A stretch of 45,952 bases of DNA. Source: a bacterium. Lineage in GTDB: Bacteria; Zhuqueibacterota; Zhuqueibacteria; Zhuqueibacterales; Zhuqueibacteraceae. The translations under genes were made by a program, and so were the position numbers. The notes under the pieces are model-generated. The model made no database searches. It was not told the DNA's origin and was given only the letters and a program-made list of their open reading frames with translations. The stretch lies in assembly GCA_044869275.1 (NCBI GenBank), contig JBIOXB010000024.1:1-45952 (forward strand). Direction: 5' to 3'. This document shows positions 1-9,171 of the stretch, piece by piece. Every line of letters begins with the position of its first letter. Within the stretch, counting starts at the first letter, position 1.

Positions 1-2
1 CC

Positions 3-116
3 AAACTTGTCATCAGAAAGGCGTACGGTTTCAAAAAATTTCAGACAATTGAAATCATGCTTTATCACATACTTGGTGAGCTACCCATGCCGCCGCTCAC
101 CCACAGATTTTTATGA
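3..116 (+). mobile_element. C-terminal fragment of an ISL3-family transposase, cut by the window edge; element end near 122
   Basis: Frame 3 reads KLVIRKAYGFKKFQTIEIMLYHILGELPMPPLTHRFL*, matching the ISL3 C-terminal pattern (RKAYGF...LYH.LG.LP.P..THRF). The stop is followed by CGAGGC and an A-rich run, resembling an ISL3 end plus AT-rich target. Not in the ORF track. Confidence 0.8.
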
Positions 117-178
117 CGAGGCAAAAAAACTAACTGGGCAGTGCGCTATGAACCTTTTCGCGAGCAAAAAAAGCTCGC

Positions 179-243
179 ACCGCGCAGGCGCAAAAACGCC
201 AAGAAAAGACTTGTTGCGTTTCGCGTCTTTGTGCCTTCACGGT
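179..243. repeat. Imperfect intergenic inverted repeat downstream of cysT
   Basis: ACCGCGCAGGCGCAAAAACGC pairs with GCGTCTTTGTGCCTTCACGGT with 4 mismatches in 21. A small GCGAGC-A7-GCTCGC hairpin precedes it at 160-178. Confidence 0.6.
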
Positions 244-270
244 TTGGTTTGAATGCGCTTTGCGCCCGAC

Positions 271-1095
271 TCAACGCTTTTGACTCCATGCTTGCAGCAG
301 ATTGATGAGCAACAGCAACATGAACGAAACCACCAGCATCACCACCGCAAGCGCAGTGGCCCCGGCATAATCGTATTGTTCCAGTTTGGTGATGATCAAG
401 AGTGGCGTGATTTCGGTGCGCATCGGCATGTTGCCGGCGATGAAAATGACGGAGCCGTATTCGCCCACGGCGCGCGCGAACGCCATGGCAAAGCCGGTGA
501 TCAAAGCCGGCCAGACCGCGGGCAGGATCACGCGCGTAAACGTCTGCCAGCGATGCGCCCCGAGAATGGTGGCGGCTTCTTCGACTTCCGGTTCGATATC
601 TTCCAGCACCGGTTGCACCGTGCGTACGACGAAGGGCAGACCGATGAACGTGAGCACCATGATGATCCCCAGAGGCGTGAAGGCGATTCGCAGCCCGAGC
701 GGTTCGAGATACTGGCCGAGCCAGCCCTTGCTCGAATACACCGCGGTAAAGGCAATGCCGGCCACCGCGGTCGGCAAGGCGAAGGGCAAATCCACCAACG
801 CATCGATGAGCCGCTTGCCGGGAAATTGATAGCGCACCAAAACCCAGGCGACGGTCAGGCCGAACGCGGCGTTGAGCAATGCTGCAAGAAATGAAGCGCC
901 GAAACTGAGGCGATACGAGGCCAGTGCGCGAGGCGCAGTGATGGTTTCCCAAATTTGCGCCCAGCTCAGCGTGGCGGTTTTCACAAACGTTCCGGCCAGG
1001 GGAATCAACACCAGCAGGCTCATGTAGAGCAGAGCATAACCCATCGCCAATCCGAAGCCGGGCAGCACGCTGCGTTTCTTAAGCAGGACGGCCAT
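271..1095 (-). CDS. cysT: Sulfate ABC transporter permease CysT
   Basis: SVLPGFGL N-terminus, DLPFALPTAVAG, EAA loop (EEAATILGA), GEYGSVIFIAGNMP; adjacent to sbp. Confidence 0.95.
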   Translation of the reverse strand: MAVLLKKRSVLPGFGLAMGYALLYMSLLVLIPLAGTFVKTATLSWAQIWETITAPRALASYRLSFGASFLAALLNAAFGLTVAWVLVRYQFPGKRLIDALVDLPFALPTAVAGIAFTAVYSSKGWLGQYLEPLGLRIAFTPLGIIMVLTFIGLPFVVRTVQPVLEDIEPEVEEAATILGAHRWQTFTRVILPAVWPALITGFAMAFARAVGEYGSVIFIAGNMPMRTEITPLLIITKLEQYDYAGATALAVVMLVVSFMLLLLINLLQAWSQKR

Positions 1096-1113
1096 GTATT
1101 ACTCCCTATCCAG

Positions 1114-1180
1114 GCAGAGCGCAAAGCGCATGGCGCATAGCGTCTTTTGCTTTGCTCTATGCGCCATGCGCTCTGCGCTA
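1114..1180. repeat. Heptamer array (GCANNGC x4) followed by its inverted copy, forming a long hairpin
   Basis: gcagagc gcaaagc gcatggc gcatagc ... gctttgc tctatgc gccatgc gctctgc, between sbp and cysT. Confidence 0.8.
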
Positions 1181-2191
1181 TTTATTGAGATAAATCTGAT
1201 CGAACACACCGCCATCTGCAAAATGCATTTTCTGCGCCTTTTGCCAGCCGCCGAAGGCCTCATCAATGGTGAAGAGATTAATTTGCGGAAACTGCGCGGC
1301 GTATTTTGCGACCACGGCGGGCGAATGTGCGCGATAAAAATGTTTCGCTGCGATCTCCTGTCCCTCTTCGGAATACAAATAATCCAAATAAGCTTGCGCC
1401 ACCGCGCGCGTTTTGCGCTTGTCGACGTTTTTGTCAATCAGCGCCACTGCCGGTTCAGCCAGAATGCTGAGTGAGGGCACGACGAGATCGAACTTGCCGG
1501 GGCTCAGCTTTTGCATGAGCAACAATTCGTTTTCCCAATTGATCAAAACGTCGCCGATTCCGCGCTCAACGAACGTGGTGGTGGCGCCGCGTGCGCCCGA
1601 ATCGAGCACAGGCACGTTTTTATACAGCTTGCCGATGAATTCTTGGGCCTTGATTTGATCGCCGTGGTTTTGCCTGAGCGCATAACCCCAGCCCGCCAAA
1701 TAATTCCAGCGCGCCACGCCCGAGGTTTTCGGATTGGGCGTGATCACGGCAATGCCGGGCTTGGTCATATCATCCCAATCTTTGATGCGTTTGGGATTGC
1801 CCTTGCGCACCAAAAAAGCCAGCGTCGAGGTGTAGGGCGCGCTGTTGTGCTGCAAACGCTTTTGCCAATCCTGCGGCAACAGTTTGGCTTGTTCGTGAAT
1901 CGCGTCCACGTCGTACGCCAAGGCCAGCGTGACGACGTCCGCTTGCAGACCCTCGATCACCGCGCGCGCCTGTTTGCTCGATCCGCCGTGCGATTGCCGG
2001 ATGGTGACGGTCTCACCGGTTTTGGCTTTCCAATATTTTGCAAACGCCGCGTTGAATTCCTGATACAGCTCGCGCGTGGGATCGTAGGAAACGTTGAGCA
2101 GGGTGACTTCTTTTTGTGCGAACGCCGAATGCATGATTCCCAAGATCAAGAGAACGAGCAAGGTTTCATGATAAATATGCTTCGAGCGCAT
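1178..2191 (-). CDS. sbp: Sulfate ABC transporter substrate-binding protein
   Basis: [50 protein letters not shown]. Start re-called at ATG 2191 (GGAG upstream, signal peptide follows). Confidence 0.95.
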   Translation of the reverse strand: MRSKHIYHETLLVLLILGIMHSAFAQKEVTLLNVSYDPTRELYQEFNAAFAKYWKAKTGETVTIRQSHGGSSKQARAVIEGLQADVVTLALAYDVDAIHEQAKLLPQDWQKRLQHNSAPYTSTLAFLVRKGNPKRIKDWDDMTKPGIAVITPNPKTSGVARWNYLAGWGYALRQNHGDQIKAQEFIGKLYKNVPVLDSGARGATTTFVERGIGDVLINWENELLLMQKLSPGKFDLVVPSLSILAEPAVALIDKNVDKRKTRAVAQAYLDYLYSEEGQEIAAKHFYRAHSPAVVAKYAAQFPQINLFTIDEAFGGWQKAQKMHFADGGVFDQIYLNK

Positions 2192-2376
2192 GGCTCTTCT
2201 CCGTGTGAGATGAACTTGGTAATGTGACATTTGGCTTGACAATGCTAAATTAGAATCGCGCCACCTCAATATGTCATCCCGAAACTTCGGGATCTTCCCT
2301 AGGTTTTGATGTAGGCCTCTAGGGAAGATTACCACGAAAATGCAGTTTGCAAATTCATAAAACACTTCAGCATGCC

Positions 2377-2444
2377 GTCATTCCCGCGCAAGCGGGAATC
2401 CAGTGAGCACGAGGAACTTGGATTCCCGCTTTCGCGGGAATGAC
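2377..2444. repeat. REP/dRS3-like palindrome doublet
   Basis: GTCATTCCCGCGCAAGCGGGAATCCA (2377-2402) and inverted TGGATTCCCGCTTTCGCGGGAATGAC (2419-2444). Each unit is itself ATTCCC-N8-GGGAAT. Confidence 0.85.
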
Positions 2445-2538
2445 AGGTTTTCATCATGATAGGGTGCCAATCCGGACATGGCAATTCCTACGGAATGACA
2501 AATAATAGGGGATTTATGGCCAACTTAACATTGTCAAG

Positions 2539-3918
2539 TTAGTATGCCACCTGAACCCGGGTCAAAAATGCCTTCTCATCCGCGCGATTGCCGGAAGCCG
2601 CGCCGCCGGTGAAGGAAGTTTGTTCATAATTCAAAGCAAACTTCACGTTGCGGTTTAAATACCAATTCAAACCGGCGGCCCAGGCTGAAGCTTTTTGCGC
2701 GGAGCTTTCAGGATTGGAAAACACGGGAAAGGAATCTTTGTCCAATTCCAAAACATTGTAACGCGCGACGATTTCAAAGCTGCCCCAAATGCCTGCCGCT
2801 TGATCAAAGGAGTTTTTCGGTGAAATGCCGCGATAGGAGGCCGGTTCACCGGTAAGGGAGTACGAAGCCGCCACCTGCCAGGCGCGATGCTCCAGCCTTG
2901 CCGAAGTTGCCGCGCGGCTCACTTCGTTGGAGGACAACACGTATTCTCCCAGCAAACCGAACCGGCCCCAGCTATAATATCCTTGCGGAGAGAGGCGTTG
3001 GCGCACGCCGTCGGCTATGACGGTTCCAGCGGCGGTGCCATCCGCGCGATAACGAAAAATGGTCAGAAGTCCGGGAGTGACGTAGGTCGGCAAATCAGGC
3101 GAACTGAGAGTTCCTTCTTGTTTGCCGGTGGTGCCGGCGAGGCCTACGCTCAAATTGCGCAGCGCGGCAGCTTGGGATTTTGCGAACGGCGCAATCATCA
3201 CGCGCGCCGCGTAATCTTTGCCGTCGGAAAGATCGACGTCGCCGCTGCCGCCGTCGAGCACGCCATTGAAAACGCCCGCCATGAAATTCAGAACGCCGCC
3301 GGCAACGTCGCCATGAAGTTGCACGCCGGTATCGCGATTGGGAACCAAATTGTTGGGCAGTGCGCGTTCGATAAAGAGCATACTGGTGGGAGTCTGCAGG
3401 CGTTCGAGGCCAAACGGCGTTTTAAATTTCCCCACTTTGAATTTCAAGTACGGCCGGAAGCGGGCGTCCAAATAGGAGTCTTGCAGAACCAGTCTGCTGC
3501 CGGCAAAATCCGGCATGAATTTGAAGTCGAAGATTTTGGAGAGAGTGCCTTCGCATACGAAGCGCAGGCGGCGAATGAGGAAAGTATTCGTGCCCAACCG
3601 GCTTTCATCTTCATTGAAATAGCGGCCGTCCACGTGAGTAAGCCCACGCCATCTGAGCAAAAAGTTCCCGTCAGCAGACTGCAATGAGAACCCCTCTTTG
3701 CCTGCCATCAAAGCCGGTGTTGCTTTGGCTTTTGCCGCGGCGTCTTCCTGGGCGAGTTCCAATTTCCTTTCCAAAATGCGCGCTTTTTGATCGATCTCAT
3801 CCAAGCGTTTTTGGAGGGAATCCAAGGATGCCGGGCTTTGCGCCTGCGCTGGGAATGACAATCCCAGTATTGTGCCGTAAACAAGTGCGAGGACCCTAAA
3901 CCAGTTGTGAATTTTCAT
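2539..3918 (-). CDS. OprO/OprP-family anion-selective porin, probably for sulfate given its context
   Basis: Signal peptide, N-terminal coiled coil, GKFKTPFGLERLQ, PNRDTGVQ, GLNWYLN, terminal aromatic residue. Confidence 0.88.
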   Translation of the reverse strand: MKIHNWFRVLALVYGTILGLSFPAQAQSPASLDSLQKRLDEIDQKARILERKLELAQEDAAAKAKATPALMAGKEGFSLQSADGNFLLRWRGLTHVDGRYFNEDESRLGTNTFLIRRLRFVCEGTLSKIFDFKFMPDFAGSRLVLQDSYLDARFRPYLKFKVGKFKTPFGLERLQTPTSMLFIERALPNNLVPNRDTGVQLHGDVAGGVLNFMAGVFNGVLDGGSGDVDLSDGKDYAARVMIAPFAKSQAAALRNLSVGLAGTTGKQEGTLSSPDLPTYVTPGLLTIFRYRADGTAAGTVIADGVRQRLSPQGYYSWGRFGLLGEYVLSSNEVSRAATSARLEHRAWQVAASYSLTGEPASYRGISPKNSFDQAAGIWGSFEIVARYNVLELDKDSFPVFSNPESSAQKASAWAAGLNWYLNRNVKFALNYEQTSFTGGAASGNRADEKAFLTRVQVAY

Positions 3919-4005
3919 CTCACGGTCTCCTTTGCGCGTGAGGAGACTTCCGGTGGTCCGGTCAGCCCGCCTGTTGCTGAATGAAGCGATTTTTGTGTAC
4001 GAGCG

Positions 4006-4034
4006 GTAGATACGTCCCGCCGGGACGTCTCCAC
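4006..4034. repeat. GTAG-type REP palindrome
   Basis: GTAGATACGTCCCGCCGGGACGTCTCCAC: GTAG head with an ACGTCCCG/CGGGACGT stem. Confidence 0.7.
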
Positions 4035-4086
4035 TATAGAAATGCGATAAGGCCGGTGAATTCCATATTGCTTCTGAAAAGCCGCA

Positions 4087-4293
4087 TCACCTTGCTCTCG
4101 TTGCGGCGGTTTTATCAAAACGAATTTTTTCTTTGCGTTCGATTTGCACGACTTTGGCGTCGTGAATGGTGATCTCGATGGAGCCGAAGCGCAGCCCCTT
4201 TAGGGCATGGAGGATTGCTTGTGTGAGCTCTCGCGCTTGGGTTTCCGCGAGAGAATGCAGCGGGGAGAGGCGATCAGGCGTTTGGTCGCGCAT
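4087..4293 (-). CDS. YezD/OscA-like (DUF2292) small protein
   Basis: ALKGLRFGSIEITIHDAKVVQIERKEKIRF is the family signature; this family is commonly found upstream of sulfate transport genes. Confidence 0.9.
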   Translation of the reverse strand: MRDQTPDRLSPLHSLAETQARELTQAILHALKGLRFGSIEITIHDAKVVQIERKEKIRFDKTAATRAR

Positions 4294-4337
4294 GGCAGAG
4301 TCCTTTCAAGCTATGGCGCTCTTGAGGAATAAAGAAA

Positions 4338-4799
4338 TCAGCGTTTGCGAGGCTGCTTTATTTTGCCGTTGGCCTGCAAACGAGCAACATTCTTCAACAT
4401 ATCCGCCAGGCTGGTGCCGTCCAGAATCTCAGCGGTGGCATCGCGTACTTCTTTCATCACCAGGCGGATGCCGCAGGTGTTTTCGTCGTGGCATTCCGCG
4501 CATTTCATGTAGGCGGTTTGGCTGACACAGGGCAGGGGCGCGAGCGGGCCGTCGAGAATGCGAATGACGTACCCCAGGTTGATTTGTGCCGGTGATTTGC
4601 CCAAAAAATAGCCACCGCCCTTGCCCTTTTTGCTTTGCAAAACGCCGTGCTTTTTCAGGTCCAGCAGGATCAATTCCAAAAATTTTTGAGGAATTCTTTC
4701 TTGGCGCGCCAGCTCGGCAATGAGGATCGGGCCGTGTTCATAATCTCTGGCGAGATATTGCAGCGCCTGGAGCGCGTATTTGGCTTTTTTAGATAGCAT
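4338..4799 (-). CDS. Rrf2-family transcriptional regulator
   Basis: MLSKKAKYAL, IPQKFLELIL, SKKGKGGGYFL, DGPLAPLPCVS..CAEC...C. Confidence 0.93.
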   Translation of the reverse strand: MLSKKAKYALQALQYLARDYEHGPILIAELARQERIPQKFLELILLDLKKHGVLQSKKGKGGGYFLGKSPAQINLGYVIRILDGPLAPLPCVSQTAYMKCAECHDENTCGIRLVMKEVRDATAEILDGTSLADMLKNVARLQANGKIKQPRKR

Positions 4800-4817
4800 A
4801 TTTGATGTAATATATGT

Positions 4818-4838
4818 ACTCTATCGAATTAGTAGAGT
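4818..4838. promoter_or_regulatory. Candidate Rrf2 operator palindrome
   Basis: ACTCTA-N9-TAGAGT lies immediately downstream of the -10 element of the rrf2 promoter. Confidence 0.65.
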
Positions 4839-4844
4839 GATGCG

Positions 4845-4873
4845 AGTATAATAAAACGTGGGAAGGATGTCAA
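4845..4873 (-). promoter_or_regulatory. Sigma70 promoter of the sulfate operon
   Basis: Minus strand reads TTGACA-17 nt-TATACT. Confidence 0.85.
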
Positions 4874-5139
4874 GCGTTTTTTTGCAAATTTATGCAGCGT
4901 CAGCATCTCAAGATTTGTGCGGCCAGCTTACGCCTTCGCAACTCTGCGAGCCAGATTTCCCAACCCTGAGAACAATTCGCTTCCGTTGCATTTTCCATAA
5001 GCATCTTCCTGCTCTAAACTCAAATAAGTCAACTCATTTTGAGGGCGAAGATTGCGTCATGTTGCAGGCACGTTCTTTGTCAATGTCTCCGTCAAGTTTG
5101 GAGATTAAGACTTTTTTATCCGATTTAAACGATCAACTC

Positions 5140-5901
5140 ATGACCATGACAACTCCGGCAGCATACGCTTCCGAGCCGCTTCCCGTCGCGGCTGCGAAAG
5201 CTTCCAAAAAGATCCCGCCGGACTTGCGCCGGGCGCTGCGCCCGCCGCGTGCGTTATCCGGCTTGGCACGCTGGCGCTGGCGCATGCAAAATGATTCGCA
5301 GTATTTGCGCCTGCACGTGCAAACCGCGTTCACTGTGCTGGTGCTGTGGATCGGCGTGGAGTTCGTCGCGTTCGTGCACTGGCTGGAAAAAGGCGGCGCG
5401 GGCACGGCGGCCACGCGCCCGCCCGGCGTCGAAGGCTTTCTGCCATTGAGCGCGTTGATTTCGCTCAAGCATTGGTTCCTCACCGGCCGCTTGAATTTGA
5501 TACATCCCTCTGCCGTATTCATCTTTTTGGCGATTGCTGCGACCGGCGTGTTGCTCAAGAAATCTTTTTGTGGCTGGCTGTGTCCGGTGGGGTTTCTTTC
5601 GGAGCTGCATTGGAAACTCTGGCGCTTCTTGTTCCGTGGGAACGTGCGCGTGCATTCGGACGAGTGCATGGCCTGCCTCGCCTGCACGCAAGCATGCCCG
5701 GTGAAACATACGCTGGATTTGAAAACGGCTTTTCCCGCGCGGCGCATACCGGCGCCGGTTTTGGCGGCGTTGATGCTGGGTTTGTTCGTCGCCATCACGG
5801 GCGCGGCTATGCTCGCCGGGGTTTGGCAAAATGCGATCACAACCGAAGACTATTTGCGGCACATGCCGCGCCTCGAAGCGTACGGTCATCCCGGAAGGTA
5901 A
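5140..5901 (+). CDS. YccM-like 4Fe-4S binding membrane protein, apparently with an in-frame internal deletion (possible pseudogene)
   Basis: RPPGVEGFLP, FCGWLCPVG and a single CxxCxxCxxxCP. The second CxxxCP motif and first ferredoxin motif expected in this family are missing. Start taken at ATG 5140. Confidence 0.75.
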   Translation: MTMTTPAAYASEPLPVAAAKASKKIPPDLRRALRPPRALSGLARWRWRMQNDSQYLRLHVQTAFTVLVLWIGVEFVAFVHWLEKGGAGTAATRPPGVEGFLPLSALISLKHWFLTGRLNLIHPSAVFIFLAIAATGVLLKKSFCGWLCPVGFLSELHWKLWRFLFRGNVRVHSDECMACLACTQACPVKHTLDLKTAFPARRIPAPVLAALMLGLFVAITGAAMLAGVWQNAITTEDYLRHMPRLEAYGHPGR

Positions 5902-6053
5902 ACTGGCGTTCGCGCTCATCGCTCCGGCCGTGCTTGACCGAAAACACCGCCCTGCACGCACATTTTGCACACGCTGCCGTAAGCGCTCTTGCGAAGCGAG
6001 CGGCAAGATGCCCGCAAACTACACGGTTGGCGGCAATAGCGAGGAGCGAGGAA

Positions 6054-6698
6054 CTATTTCTTCAGCAGCTTGAATGCGTGCGTCCATTGGTTCCGCAAAA
6101 AGCCCGGTATGCACCAGAGAAGGCACAGCGGTTCGATGGCCCGCGCCGCCTGCACCCCTCCCATGTCTTCCACTTCAAAGCCGAACCGGTCGAGGATTTT
6201 GCCCACTTCATTCTTTGCGTTCGCGTCATTGCCGCAAATAAACATTGTCGGCTTGATGCCGCCGAAATCCGGGTTCACCATGAAGGCGTTGCCGATGCTG
6301 TTAAAAGCCTTGACGAAGTGCGCCTGGGGAAAGGCCGTTTGCAGTTGCTCCATGAGAGCGTTGTCAAGCGAGGTGAAGTACTTCAGAACGCCATGATCCG
6401 GCGGCGCCTCGGCGATGGGATTGGTGGTGTCTATGACGATCTTGCCCTTGAGATTCTGCGCACCCGCCATCTTCAAGGTTTCTTGTGCAACCGTGCCCTT
6501 GACGGCGAGGACGACCATCTCGCCGAAGGCTGCCGTCTCTGCGAAACTGCCTATGCGACTACCCTTGCCGGCGTTTTCCCTCCAGGTGGAAAGCTTTTCG
6601 GGGCTGCGCGTTCCTACCATGACTTCGTAGCCGTGCTTGAGGAAGCCGCTGCCCAATGCCCGGCCGACGTCTCCGGATCCAAGAATTCCGATTTTCAT
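6054..6698 (-). CDS. NADP oxidoreductase, F420-dependent / dinucleotide-binding family
   Basis: MKIGILGSGDVG Rossmann motif, IDTTNP, VKAFNS, ICGND. Start re-called at 6698. Confidence 0.88.
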   Translation of the reverse strand: MKIGILGSGDVGRALGSGFLKHGYEVMVGTRSPEKLSTWRENAGKGSRIGSFAETAAFGEMVVLAVKGTVAQETLKMAGAQNLKGKIVIDTTNPIAEAPPDHGVLKYFTSLDNALMEQLQTAFPQAHFVKAFNSIGNAFMVNPDFGGIKPTMFICGNDANAKNEVGKILDRFGFEVEDMGGVQAARAIEPLCLLWCIPGFLRNQWTHAFKLLKK

Positions 6699-6771
6699 GC
6701 CATGCTCCGTGGTTTGCGTTGGATCTGTTCGTACAATTAAGTTTTGAAGAACAAAAACTATATCTCCAATC

Positions 6772-8262
6772 TTAATTCCCTGACTCAGGCTGCTTTTTCC
6801 ACTCATACGGAAACCAATAACCCTTCCTCTCCAACTTATAATCAATCAAAATATGCTTGGCCTCGCGGAAGTCATCCAGGCCTTCGATGCCCAGCTCGCG
6901 GCCGTGGCCGGAAAGGCGCATGCCGCCGAAGGGCGCGGCGTCGTTGTCGGTGAGCGGGTCGTTGATCCAAAACGTTCCGGCTTTGATGTTCTCCGCCGCG
7001 AGCATGGCTCTTTCCAAATCGTTGGTGAGAATAGAAGCACCGAGACCGTATTCAGAATTGTTCGCGCGCGCGATGGCTTCTTCGATGTTTTTCACCACTT
7101 GAATCGGCGCGATTGGGCCAAAAGTTTCGCTGCGCATCAATTCCATGTTCTCATCGACATTCGTCAGCACGGTGGGCTCGAAGTAAAAGCCTTTGGCAAA
7201 TCGCGCCGGGCGTTTGCCGCCGGACACAATTTTCGCGCCTTGCTGCACGCTTTGTGCCAGCCGCGCTTCCACTTTGGTGCGCTGCGTCTCGCTTACCAAA
7301 GGTCCCAAATCGACATCAGGCCCCATGGGATTGCCCAAACGCAGCGATTTGCTGAATTCCGCCATGCCTTCGATGAATTTTTCGGCAATCGGTTCGAGCA
7401 CATAAAAGCGTTCGGCAGAAGTGCAGACTTGACCGTTGTTGAGGAAGGCCGTCCAAGCTGCGGCGCGCACGGCGGTGTCAACGTCAATGTCGTCGCACAC
7501 AATAAAAGGGTCATTCCCGCCCAATTCGAGATGAACTTTTTTTAATTGCTGCGCCGCGAGAATGGCAATGTGCCTGCCGGTATCGACGCTGCCGGTGAAG
7601 GCGATGAGATGCGTGCCCTTCGAAGTCACCATAGGCTCGCCGCATTCTTTGCCGTAACCGCAAACTATATTGACCACGCCTTTGGGCAAATGGTCGAAAA
7701 TTTCCGCAAAGAACAAATTGCACAATGGCGTCAATTCCGAAGGTTTGAGCACAACGGTGTTTCCCGCCGCCAGCGCGGGTGCCACTTTCCAGGACATCAA
7801 TAAGATCGGATAATTCCATGGCACGATCGCGCCCACCACGCCGAACGGCTCTTTGATCACCAGACTCATTTGATGCTCGAACACCGGCGCCACCACGCGG
7901 CCGATTTGATCGCGGCCCAATTCGGCGTAGTATTCAAAACATGAAGCCACCCATTCCACTTCATCGCGGTTTTCGATCACCGGCTTGCCGCCTTCGCGCG
8001 TAATCAGCTGCGCCAACTCCTCTCCCCGCGCGCGGATTTTGCGCGCGATTTCGTGCATCATTTCCTTGCGCTCGAGGCTGCCGATCTTGCGCCAATGCTT
8101 GAACGCGGCATTCGCCGCCGCCACGGCGCGTTCGACATCCTCGGCGTTGCCGCGCGGCACGGTGGTGATCACTTCTTCCGTGGCAGGGTTGACGACTTCG
8201 AAACGCTGTTTGCCGGCGCTTTCAAACGACTCGCCGTTGATCCACATATGGTTGAGCATCAT
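6772..8262 (-). CDS. Aldehyde dehydrogenase (betaine-aldehyde-like family)
   Basis: PWNYP, KPSE, FTGS, ELGG, GQVCTS (catalytic Cys), ETFGP, PFGG. Confidence 0.95.
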   Translation of the reverse strand: MMLNHMWINGESFESAGKQRFEVVNPATEEVITTVPRGNAEDVERAVAAANAAFKHWRKIGSLERKEMMHEIARKIRARGEELAQLITREGGKPVIENRDEVEWVASCFEYYAELGRDQIGRVVAPVFEHQMSLVIKEPFGVVGAIVPWNYPILLMSWKVAPALAAGNTVVLKPSELTPLCNLFFAEIFDHLPKGVVNIVCGYGKECGEPMVTSKGTHLIAFTGSVDTGRHIAILAAQQLKKVHLELGGNDPFIVCDDIDVDTAVRAAAWTAFLNNGQVCTSAERFYVLEPIAEKFIEGMAEFSKSLRLGNPMGPDVDLGPLVSETQRTKVEARLAQSVQQGAKIVSGGKRPARFAKGFYFEPTVLTNVDENMELMRSETFGPIAPIQVVKNIEEAIARANNSEYGLGASILTNDLERAMLAAENIKAGTFWINDPLTDNDAAPFGGMRLSGHGRELGIEGLDDFREAKHILIDYKLERKGYWFPYEWKKQPESGN

Positions 8263-8297
8263 CGACTCCGCAACAAAGCAATCTCTTGAGATTCGGT

Positions 8298-8588
8298 TTA
8301 TGCAATCGTTTCCGCGGCTATATATTGCAACTGCGATTTTCCATAAACCAAAGCTCCAATATCGTAACCGGCATTGACAAAAACATCATAAACTCGCTCA
8401 CTCACGAGTTCATCGATTTGATCGTCGAATTCATCAGGCACATACAGCGAGAGCCAGGCATGTTGTCCTTCGTATCCGGGAATTAGAATTTCACTAGTCA
8501 CATCTGGCGTAACAGTTTTGGCGAGCGCGATCAAGCCGTCAATATGTTTTTGTAGTTGCTTCTTAGAAATTCTTTTCTTGGTTTTCAT
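8298..8588 (-). CDS. Small hypothetical protein coupled to the HEPN gene, possible antitoxin
   Basis: ATGA overlap with the HEPN gene; basic N-terminus and acidic core; no GS-x-DxD nucleotidyltransferase motif. Confidence 0.65.
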   Translation of the reverse strand: MKTKKRISKKQLQKHIDGLIALAKTVTPDVTSEILIPGYEGQHAWLSLYVPDEFDDQIDELVSERVYDVFVNAGYDIGALVYGKSQLQYIAAETIA

Positions 8589-8971
8589 ATTTTGATCACC
8601 TCGACGATGTTTTGCATGAATTCTTTGGCATGAGAAGTCATACGCCGCACTTTTTTGATTTCGGGCGGAATCGCATGATATTGCGCAGCGTTACGCAATG
8701 CGTAGGCATTGACCAGCCACTTGCCAAGCTTCTCTGGATATCGGCTGCGCTTTTCAATGAGTTCCTGGATGAATTTCGATTGCAGTTCATGATGTTGCCA
8801 TTTTGACTGGTCAAAACCTTCATACGCCAACGCCGCTCTTGCCGCCCAAAACAACGCAGCATAAGAACAACTGGCACAAGCATTGAAGTAATTGTTTCTT
8901 ACCGCGAATTCAGCGCATTCCAGAAATTCACGCGCGCGTGCAAAGATTTCATTCGGTGGCAAATGCGCCAT
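8585..8971 (-). CDS. HEPN domain protein (UPF0332-like)
   Basis: 128 aa helical protein, ARAREFLECA..SYAALFWAARAAL, RNAAQYH (Rx5H). GGAGG RBS upstream. Confidence 0.85.
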   Translation of the reverse strand: MAHLPPNEIFARAREFLECAEFAVRNNYFNACASCSYAALFWAARAALAYEGFDQSKWQHHELQSKFIQELIEKRSRYPEKLGKWLVNAYALRNAAQYHAIPPEIKKVRRMTSHAKEFMQNIVEVIKI

Positions 8972-9014
8972 CAGTACCTCCCCCCAATCACATCATGAAT
9001 CTTATTTTCGGCGT

Positions 9015-9043
9015 AATATAGCCCAATTCGCAGCAAGAGTCAA
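9015..9043 (-). promoter_or_regulatory. Sigma70 promoter upstream of the HEPN/ALDH unit
   Basis: Minus strand reads TTGACT-17 nt-TATATT. Confidence 0.7.
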
Positions 9044-9171
9044 GCTGCCCAGCCGCCGACAATTTTCTCCTTGCATTTTCTCCCAAAATTCGCATTATTC
9101 AGCCACTTCAAAATCTTGTTCCACTCTGACAGACGCGGAGTTCTTTCGTTTCATTCAACAAAAAATTGCTG

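Noticed and set aside
2192..2365. N-terminal extensions from the ORF track (sbp; likewise 6845, 17868, 28084, 35123)
   Set aside because: Downstream ATGs match the family start or signal peptide, several with an RBS; the extensions run into intergenic DNA or a neighbouring gene.
5346..6740. Long alternative ORFs (464 aa here; also 10223-11506, 21689-22810, 29182-30582)
   Set aside because: Antisense or off-frame shadows of well-supported genes in GC-rich DNA, with no motifs.
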